In this document: in pieces, positions 20,585 to 27,846 of the stretch
How positions within the stretch are numbered: position 1 is the first letter of the stretch
Layout: every line of letters starts with the position of its first letter
DNA from: Tubiluchus corallicola
Taxonomy: Eukaryota; Animalia; Priapulida
DNA length: 33,335 bases
Direction of reading: 5' to 3'
Assembly: GCA_030141605.1 (NCBI GenBank)
Contig: JAQGDQ010002444.1
Coordinates: 1-33,335 of the forward strand
Made by a program: the position numbers and the translations under genes
Notes under the pieces: generated by a model
Databases searched by the model: none
Told to the model about the DNA's origin: nothing
What the model saw: only the letters and a program-made list of their open reading frames with translations

Positions 20585-20748
20585 TAGATATTTTCCAAAA
20601 GGAATAGAGATTTTAGTAAACTAACAAAAGAAGAAGTAAATAAAGCAGTTTGGTCTATCAATAACAGACCTAGGAAGTGTTTGGGGTTTTAAAACACCCT
20701 TGAAATATTTAGGGGAGAATCTAGTGTTACATGAATTTGACAATCTAG
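20585..20748 (+). mobile_element. IS30-family remnant: transposase C-terminus and right end
   Basis: FPKG/DFSKLTKEEVNKAVWSINNRPRKCLGF* followed by IR TGTTACATGAATTTGACAATCTAG. Confidence 0.8.
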
Positions 20749-20783
20749 GTGTAATATATTAATACAAAATAGGGGGAAGAGAT

Positions 20784-22266
20784 ATGTCAAAGAAGAAGTT
20801 TCAAATGCCAACAGCCTATACGATACTTATATCTATAATTTTAGCTGTTGCAGTTTTCACATGGATCATACCAGCAGGTCAGTATGACCTAGTAGATCCT
20901 ACAGCATCAAAACCACAGCCTATCCCAGGTACTTATCAAGTGGTAGAATCTAATCCACAGGGGTTATGGGAGATTATCAATGCTCCAATATCAGGATTTG
21001 CTGATGCACAAGATATCGCACTATTTGTATTAGTTATAGGTGGATTCCTTGGAGTAATTATGCAGACAGGAGCTATCGATGCAGGAATTGGTAATATTGT
21101 TAAAAAGTTAAAAGGAAAGGAAAAGCTTATGATACCTATCCTTATGATTGCTTTTTCACTAGGAGGAACATCATTTGGAATGGCAGAGGAAACTATAGCC
21201 TTTTATCCTCTAATTATACCAGTATTTATAGCTGCAGGTTATGACACAATCACAGCTGTATCCACAGTATTACTTGGAGCAGGAATTGGAGTGCTTAATT
21301 CTACAGTTAACCCGTTTGCTACAGGGGTAGCTTCAGGGTTTGCAGGGATATCTATTGGAGAGGGAATCTTCTTTAGATTAACAATGCTAGTTATTCAGCT
21401 GACGATAGCTATTGTTTATGTGATGAAGTATGCAGAGAAGGTTAAAAACGACCCTAGTAAGTCGTTAGTAGCAGATCTTAAAGAAGCCAATGAAAAGCAC
21501 TTTCTATCTCATGATTCAGAGGAAAAGGATGTAGTACCAGATCTTACTCCAAAAAGAAGACTTATCTTATGGCTGTTTAGCTTAAGTTTCATTATAATGA
21601 TCCTTGGAGTAATCCCTTGGGCGTATAAATTTAATATTACAATATTTAAATCATTAAATAGCGCGATAGCCTCTATTCCAGGAATGGGAAGCCCAGTAGC
21701 TCTTGGAGACTGGTGGTTTGGTGAGATGACAGTGCTTTTCCTTATATCATCTGTAATATGTGGTAAGGTCTATGGAATGAAGGAAAAGGAGATTGTAAGT
21801 GCATTTGTAGCAGGAGCTAGAGATCTACTTGGAGTTGCTCTTATTGTTGGAGTATCAAGAGGAATTTCTATAGTTATGGATGCAGGTGGAATGACTCAGA
21901 CAGTACTTTACTGGGGAGAGCAGTCTCTTGCAGGACTAGGTAAGATACCATTCCTTATATTCACGTATATATTTTATCTACCAATGTCGTTCCTAATCCC
22001 ATCAACATCGGGACTGGCTACTCTATCTATGCCTATTATGGCTCCTATGGGGAGACTTTGCAGGGATAGCAAAGAGTTTAGTGGTTACTGCATATCAGTC
22101 AGCTTCAGGTATTATAAACCTTATTACACCAACCTCAGCTGTTGTAATGGGAGGATTGTCTATTGCTAGACTTGACTATACAAAGTGGGTAAAGTATGTA
22201 GCTCCACTACTTGGAATACTATTTGTTACTACAATAATCGGACTTGCAGTGGGAACACTTATGTAA
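20784..22266 (+). pseudogene. YfcC/ArcD-like basic amino acid (arginine/ornithine) antiporter with one frameshift
   Basis: MPTAYTIL, WIIPAGQY, GMAEETIAFYP, STVNPFATG, FLIPSTSGLATLSMPIMAP. Removing one G from GGGG at 22049-22052 restores MGDFAGIAKSLVVTAYQSASG...ITPTS and a 493-aa protein. Confidence 0.85.
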
Positions 22267-22290
22267 GTTTATGGATAACAAAACTATAGT

Positions 22291-22326
22291 CGGCTTTAGA
22301 GATCAGATTTCTAAAGCCGTTTTTTT
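22291..22326 (+). terminator. Intrinsic terminator after the yfcC-like gene
   Basis: CGGCTTTAGA-GATCAGATT-TCTAAAGCCG-TTTTTTT. Confidence 0.88.
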
Positions 22327-22769
22327 ATTGTTTTTAGAATATTAATAATACCAGCAAAGAATAGGTAATCGGTTAAAAAATTAAAAAGATCTCTTTAGAG
22401 AATAAATAAAATTAAATATCATCTTTTTAAAAAAGTTAAGGAATAAATCTTACATAAAAATATAAAAAAATTAATAGATAACAATAATAGTGATCTTGTT
22501 AAATGTAAACATAATAATAAATTACTAGAAGAGCGATTAATGCTTGATAATAGAATTAGAAAATTATTAAATCAACATTAGAACTCCCTTATTACAATAA
22601 ATATTCCTCTTTGAATAGAAAACCTCATAATTTTACTTTATGTCTAGGGAGATCTATTTTATATATGTTATTAACATTAGACTCCAGAGAAATCTAAAAT
22701 AGATTTCTTACAAAAACAACACTAAATTACCTTTTGGTTTAATATAAATATTTGAGACAGGAGAAAAAT

Positions 22770-22898
22770 ATGGCATATTTTAAAAATAATAACCTTGAAG
22801 CACTTGATGAACAGTGCTATAATTGCAGCCTATCAGAAAAATCTTGTCCAATCGATGAAGTGCAATGGAAATTTAATAGATTTAAGGTTAAAAGATAA
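22770..22898 (+). CDS. 42-aa Cys-containing small ORF, probably a truncated phage-type gene
   Basis: AGGAG RBS, then MAYFKNNNLEALDEQCYNCSLSEKSCPIDEVQWKFNRFKVKR*; absent from the supplied ORF track. Confidence 0.45.
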   Translation: MAYFKNNNLEALDEQCYNCSLSEKSCPIDEVQWKFNRFKVKR

Positions 22899-23185
22899 GG
22901 TAAATTATAAGATCTTTGACAAAAAATTAAAAAATCTGAAAGAAAAAGAAAATAATCTAAAAGAAAAAATAAAAAAACTAGAAGAGAAGCCATTAAAGAA
23001 AAAAAGTTAATATTAAGGAAAAGTAATAGTAACGAAATATTAACTGTATTAAAAAAACTATTAGAAATAGGTCAAGTAAAGATCAAAAAAATCTTAAAAA
23101 ATATTGAAACTAATGATTAGTGGAATACACGTGTATTCAAAAGGCAAAGGATATAATAAATTTTTTTTATATTTTAAAATACTTT
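22885..23185 (+). pseudogene. Possible C-terminal remnant of a large serine recombinase
   Basis: Coiled-coil DKVNYKIFDKKLKNLKEKENNLKEKIKKLEE, then after a stop and shifts KILKLMISGIHVYSK...FLYFK; pattern resemblance only. Confidence 0.3.
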
Positions 23186-23231
23186 TCTTAAATCAATGGC
23201 AAAGAAGTACTTGATTTTTTAATATAAATAA

Positions 23232-23277
23232 AAATTAAAAGAAGTATCTATCCTGCTCTAAGCACTTATAGATACTT
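23232..23277 (-). terminator. Hairpin downstream of tRNA-Leu, putative terminator
   Basis: AAGTATCTAT...TGCT-CTA-AGCA...ATAGATACTT inverted repeat, followed on the minus strand by CTTTTAATTTTT. Confidence 0.5.
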
Positions 23278-23319
23278 TGTAAAAATGATTACAAAAAATA
23301 TTTTTTTGAGGGAATACTA

Positions 23320-23406
23320 TGGTACCAGAGGTGGGACTTGAACCCACAAAGATATGCATCCGTCAGATTTTGAGTCTGATGCGTTTACCAATTTCGCCAC
23401 TCTGGC
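23320..23406 (-). tRNA. tRNA-Leu (anticodon CAA)
   Basis: GCCAGAG/CTCTGGT acceptor stem, TCAGA-CTCAAAA-TCTGA anticodon arm, variable arm, GTGGG-TTCAAGT-CCCAC, ACCA end; 87 nt. Confidence 0.97.
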
Positions 23407-23418
23407 CTAATAATTAGT

Positions 23419-23447
23419 AGTATAGTATATTGTTATTTATTTGTCAA
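23419..23447 (-). promoter_or_regulatory. Sigma70 promoter of tRNA-Leu
   Basis: Minus strand TTGACA-N17-TATACT. Confidence 0.8.
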
Positions 23448-23492
23448 ACATAAAATAAATTAATATAAATTTAAACACAAAATTATGATCTT

Positions 23493-24461
23493 TTATATTA
23501 TAATTCTTTTTACTGTATCAAACTTTTTATTAATATATTTTTCAGCATCAGTTGCTGCAATAGCTCCATCAGATACAGCTGTAACTACTTGTCTTAAAGA
23601 CTTTTCTCTAATATCTCCAACTGCATAAACCCCTTTGATATTAGTTTGCATTTCAGAATTAGTAGTTATGTAGCCACTGTCATTTACCTTTATTTCATCT
23701 TTAAATAGTTTAGTTTGAGGGGCATACCCTATAAATATAAAAATCCCAAAAGTTTCATCTTCTTTGCTTGCAGTATATTCCCATGTCTTTTTGGTATTAT
23801 TGTTTACAAAAATAGCAGACTCAATCATATCTTTTCCTTTAATTTCTTTTAGTTCGCTATTAAACAGGATTTCGATTTTTTCATTTTCCTTAGCTTCATC
23901 AGCTAAAGACTTAGCACATGTAAAATCAGGTTCCCTTGCTATAATAGTTACTTTTTTTGCATACTTTGCTAATGTGATTGCCTCTTCAGCTGCAGAGTAT
24001 CCTGCTCCTATAGCAAAAACTTCTAATCCACTAATGAATGGGGCATCACAAGTGGCGCAATAAGACACTCCTCTTCCTGTAAATTCTTTTTCGCCAGGAA
24101 CGCCAATTTTTCTAGGAGTGGCCCCTGTGGCAATTATCACTACTTTTGATTTATATTCTTTATTTTCAGTAATCACTTCTTTTATATCTTTTGAAAAATC
24201 AACTTTTTTTACTTCGTTTTTAACTATTTCTACATCAAAGCTTTGAATTTGTTTTTTCATTTTTTCAACTAATGATTGTCCTGTTTCCTCTAGATCTCCT
24301 CCGGGATAATTAGCTATTTCTGAAGTAGTTATCACTTGTCCTCCTACTTCTTCTTTTTCTATTATAATTGTTTTTAGTTTTGCTCTTGATGAATATAAAG
24401 CTGCTGATAACCCTGCAGGTCCTCCTCCAATAATTATTATGTCATATAAATTATTTTCCAT
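23493..24461 (-). CDS. trxB: Thioredoxin-disulfide reductase-like flavoprotein
   Basis: GGGPAGLSAA, NYPG, IIATGA, GVSYCATCD redox centre, GVYAVGD, RQVVTAVSDGAIAA. Confidence 0.88.
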   Translation of the reverse strand: MENNLYDIIIIGGGPAGLSAALYSSRAKLKTIIIEKEEVGGQVITTSEIANYPGGDLEETGQSLVEKMKKQIQSFDVEIVKNEVKKVDFSKDIKEVITENKEYKSKVVIIATGATPRKIGVPGEKEFTGRGVSYCATCDAPFISGLEVFAIGAGYSAAEEAITLAKYAKKVTIIAREPDFTCAKSLADEAKENEKIEILFNSELKEIKGKDMIESAIFVNNNTKKTWEYTASKEDETFGIFIFIGYAPQTKLFKDEIKVNDSGYITTNSEMQTNIKGVYAVGDIREKSLRQVVTAVSDGAIAATDAEKYINKKFDTVKRIII

Positions 24462-24538
24462 AATCCTCCCTTTTTTTATAATAAAATAGTTTTTGATTAT
24501 TAATTTGATTTATAAATTATTTACATATTAGTAAAAGG

Positions 24539-25732
24539 CTAGTTGCCAAAAACTGAATTTTCTGATGATAACTTTAAAATTTTTTTTTGAATATTACCAT
24601 TTCTAAATATCTCTATATTAACCTTGTCTCCTGGCCTATGTGAAAATATGATAGATTGTAAGTGGGTGTTGTTTTTTATTGTTTGATTGTTTATGCTTAT
24701 AATTATGTCATTTTCTTGAACCCCAGCTTTATAGGCTGGTCCATTTGGGACAACTCTTGCCACAAGTACTCCTGAGGATTTGTCGTACCCTAAACTTTGA
24801 TAGATCGATCTGTCTCGATCATCCCCTAGGTATATTCCTACATATCCTTTTTCTATGCTACCAGTATTTTTTAACTGGTCTCCAATTCGTTTTGCCATAT
24901 TTATAGGAATAGCAAACCCTATGCCTACATTTCCACCTGATTTTGACAAGATAGCTGTGTTAACTCCAATGACCTCTCCATTTATATTAACTAGTGGGCC
25001 TCCACTATTTCCAGGGTTTATTGCAGCGTCAGTTTGAATAAAATTTTCATTACTTTCTATTCCTAGCCCACTCCTTCCTCTGGCGCTAATAATACCAAAA
25101 GTCATACTATTGTTTAGCCCAAAAGGGTTGCCAAAGGCTATAGACCAGTTTCCAATTTTAATTGTATCAGAGTCGCCAAATTCTAAAGGGTTAAATGTTT
25201 CTCCTTCATGAATTATTTTAAGTATTGCGATATCTGTGTTAGGATCACTACCGATTAACTCAGTGTCATATACTTTATCATTTGAAAACTTAACTTGAAC
25301 CTCTGTTGTGTTTGCTATAACATGATGGTTTGTCATTATATATCCATCTTCAGAAATAACAAAACCTGAACCTAGCGATGAAAAAGGTTTTTCAATATAA
25401 TTTCTTCCTCTTCTATCTTTGAAAAGCAAATCAAAAGGGTTGATTACTTCTTGTTTTATAACCCCTTTAGTACTGATGTTAACAACAGAAGGCATGACTA
25501 ATTGTGCAACTTTATTTAACCCGTCTTGTAAGACCACATTTTCTTCAGTTATTTTCTTTACATCTTCTTTTAAGTTTTCTCTATCTTTTTCATTTAAACT
25601 GTCTATTTCATTTTGATCCTCTGTAATAATATTTTTTTCTTTAGAGCTATCTTTTTCTATAAAGACAGCATTACCACATGCTATTAAAAAAAATACTATC
25701 AATATAAATATAATACTCTTTATTTTTCTCAA
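24539..25732 (-). CDS. htrA: HtrA/DegP-family serine protease with one PDZ domain, probable lipoprotein
   Basis: GSGFVI, TNHHV, DIAILK, QTDAAINPGNSGGPL triad and a PDZ domain. A TTG start at 25732 after GAGGTG gives a signal peptide with lipobox LIAC. Confidence 0.92.
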   Translation of the reverse strand: MRKIKSIIFILIVFFLIACGNAVFIEKDSSKEKNIITEDQNEIDSLNEKDRENLKEDVKKITEENVVLQDGLNKVAQLVMPSVVNISTKGVIKQEVINPFDLLFKDRRGRNYIEKPFSSLGSGFVISEDGYIMTNHHVIANTTEVQVKFSNDKVYDTELIGSDPNTDIAILKIIHEGETFNPLEFGDSDTIKIGNWSIAFGNPFGLNNSMTFGIISARGRSGLGIESNENFIQTDAAINPGNSGGPLVNINGEVIGVNTAILSKSGGNVGIGFAIPINMAKRIGDQLKNTGSIEKGYVGIYLGDDRDRSIYQSLGYDKSSGVLVARVVPNGPAYKAGVQENDIIISINNQTIKNNTHLQSIIFSHRPGDKVNIEIFRNGNIQKKILKLSSENSVFGN

Positions 25733-25898
25733 GATAAACCACCTCATTATGATTTTGTATAAAATTAATACTATAAAATAAATTATGTACAAACAAACAT
25801 GCTAAAATTTTAAGAGATCAATTTAAGCATTAAAAGATTTTAATTGGATTATAGCAAAAAATTATTTTCTTTGAAACACTTTTCTAATTTTATTTTGT

Positions 25899-25933
25899 AA
25901 AAGTCCCTCTTAAAATATTATAGAGGGACTTTT
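25899..25933 (-). terminator. Intrinsic terminator after hsp20
   Basis: AAAAGTCCCTCT-N11-AGAGGGACTTTT. Confidence 0.8.
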
Positions 25934-25935
25934 AA

Positions 25936-26367
25936 TTATTCAATAGGTATTTCTTTTTCAATACATTCTTGTTTTATTTCTTTAGGTATTATAATTTTTA
26001 AAAGTCCATCACTATATTGACTTTTTATTTTATCTTTATTCACATTATTTGGTAAAGTAAAATTTCTTACAAAGCTATTATAAGAAAATTCTTTTTTGTA
26101 GTAGTTTTTTTCAGTATTTTCTTCTTCATTACTTTTATTTTCTTCATATGTTACAGTAAGTATTTCTTTTTTTAAAGTCATTTTAAAGTTTTCCTTTTTT
26201 ACCCCAGGTGATGCTAATTCAATAATATAATTTTCATTTTCTTCATAAATATTTACAGCTGGAATTTTTGTCCCTATAGATGATTTAGTAATACTTTTTC
26301 CTAATAAATCTTCAAAAATATCTTGAAACCCAAAAGAATCATCGTTATTTTTTGTTAAAAATGACAT
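25936..26367 (-). CDS. Small heat shock protein, Hsp20/alpha-crystallin family
   Basis: PAVNIYE, IELASPGVKKE, EFSYNSFVRNFTLP, YSDGLLKIIIPK; RBS GGAGG. Confidence 0.95.
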   Translation of the reverse strand: MSFLTKNNDDSFGFQDIFEDLLGKSITKSSIGTKIPAVNIYEENENYIIELASPGVKKENFKMTLKKEILTVTYEENKSNEEENTEKNYYKKEFSYNSFVRNFTLPNNVNKDKIKSQYSDGLLKIIIPKEIKQECIEKEIPIE

Positions 26368-26388
26368 AAAATCACCTCCAAAATTTTG

Positions 26389-26415
26389 TCAGCACTCTAA
26401 ATCGACGAGTGACAA
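26389..26415 (-). promoter_or_regulatory. CIRCE-like HrcA operator
   Basis: TCAGCACTC-N9-GAGTGACAA versus consensus TTAGCACTC-N9-GAGTGCTAA, between the promoter and RBS of hsp20. Confidence 0.82.
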
Positions 26416-26422
26416 TAAAAAT

Positions 26423-26450
26423 ATTATATCACTTTAAAAAATTTTGTCAA
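26423..26450 (-). promoter_or_regulatory. Sigma70 promoter of hsp20
   Basis: Minus strand TTGACA-N16-TATAAT with TG extension. Confidence 0.8.
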
Positions 26451-26627
26451 GCGTTATATCCTAATATAATAAAGAAATTTTTATGATATAAGGGAGATGG
26501 TTATAGCTTAAAATTATTGAAAACATCACTAAAAGTAATACAAGTAAATATAAAAATAATATTTATGACAATCTATTTTATTTAGTAAAATTACAAAAAA
26601 CTGTACATAAAATAAAGAAGAAAGATA

Positions 26628-27764
26628 TTAAAAATATTTTTCTTCAATTTTCGAAATACTGTATTTAGGTGGCATCATGATTTCTTCACTAAATGAAAAG
26701 TTAACATCTTCTAAAATAGGAATAAATATATGTGGCATGATTCTTTCAAATTCACTGGTGTAATTATGTCTGCCAAATATTTTTTTGCTTTTTGAGGCTT
26801 TATTAAGTTCACGGGCGTACTTAGTGTGATTTGAGCAATCATGAATTACAACATCCCAATGCTCTTTCTCAGCTTTTTTCATTAATTTATATGTAAGCTG
26901 TCGTGACCACACTGGAGAAATATAACCATTTCGGTAAGTGTATAATTTTTTACCGATAAAATTATTTATATTATCAGGTCCCAAATGGAGCTCTGCACAG
27001 TTTATAAAGTCAATATTTGTTTTTAATATGTCTTCTTTTTTTTCTATAAGTTTTTTGTAAAACTCTTTTGTCATAGGAGATTCTATTCCTACGCTTTTTA
27101 TGTATTTCTTTGCTAACTTCATATTTTCTATTACTTTATCACTACAGTTAGACGCACCTAAATTTATCCTAAGCTCGTCTAACCCCGCTTCTTTTAAAGA
27201 CCTTAAGTTATCTGCTGATAATAATGTGCCATTTGTATACATATGTTGATAAACATGAGCACTAGAAAATTTATTTATGACACTATAATACTTATCAATT
27301 TCTAAAAATGGTTCTAAATAAACATAAGCTATTCCTGAAGGTTTTTCTTGAATTGATAATAATAATTCAATATCTTCTTCTCTGTATAACCTATCTCCAA
27401 TTTCCCACATATCAGTTGGAATTTTTTCCATATGGTCTAATGATTCATAATAATAGCAAAACTTGCATTTTAGATTGCATCTATTTGTTTTTCTAATTGA
27501 TCCTAATCCATGGCCTAAAAGACAACAGATGCAACCTTTTGGAAACTTATTGTCATCTCCAATATAAAAAGTTCTATTTTTAAAATGCTTTAATGATTTT
27601 ATACTTACTTGCATTTCCTTTATATCTTGTAAAACACGTGTCTCTATTTGCATTATTACACTATTAATGATTTCGTTTATTTCATCAATTTCATTATAAT
27701 CTTCATAAGGGATATTTTCTAAATATCTAAACCATTTTAAGGCTTCTTTTTTACTAATTTTCAT
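26628..27764 (-). CDS. Radical SAM protein of unknown function
   Basis: CNLKCKFC cluster motif, upstream FPKGCICC, YLEPFL, HMYTNG, AGLDELRINL. Confidence 0.88.
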   Translation of the reverse strand: MKISKKEALKWFRYLENIPYEDYNEIDEINEIINSVIMQIETRVLQDIKEMQVSIKSLKHFKNRTFYIGDDNKFPKGCICCLLGHGLGSIRKTNRCNLKCKFCYYYESLDHMEKIPTDMWEIGDRLYREEDIELLLSIQEKPSGIAYVYLEPFLEIDKYYSVINKFSSAHVYQHMYTNGTLLSADNLRSLKEAGLDELRINLGASNCSDKVIENMKLAKKYIKSVGIESPMTKEFYKKLIEKKEDILKTNIDFINCAELHLGPDNINNFIGKKLYTYRNGYISPVWSRQLTYKLMKKAEKEHWDVVIHDCSNHTKYARELNKASKSKKIFGRHNYTSEFERIMPHIFIPILEDVNFSFSEEIMMPPKYSISKIEEKYF

Positions 27765-27786
27765 TAATTATTATAGCTCCTTATTT

Positions 27787-27841
27787 AAAAAAGCACTCTT
27801 TTATATAAACATCATTTATATGTTTAATACTTAGAGTGCTT
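27787..27841 (-). terminator. Long hairpin with U tract between the ATPase and radical SAM genes
   Basis: AAGCACTCT...TAAACAT...ATGTTTA...AGAGTGCTT with a T6 run on the minus strand. Confidence 0.55.
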
Positions 27842-27846
27842 CAATA

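Larger units (their letters stand above)
15760..23319. mobile_element. Decayed genomic island downstream of the tRNA-Leu 3' end
   Basis: Dense IS, recombinase and pseudogene relics between intact genes, abutting the tRNA 3' end. No att duplication was found, so the left boundary is approximate. Confidence 0.65.

Noticed and set aside
22795-23010. 71-aa ORF in the supplied track
   Set aside because: It has a TTG start without an RBS; its first half overlaps the better 42-aa ORF in another frame and its second half looks like a gene remnant.
27792-27840. AGCACTC...GAGTGCT as a second CIRCE
   Set aside because: The spacer is 35 nt rather than 9; a terminator-like hairpin explains it better.
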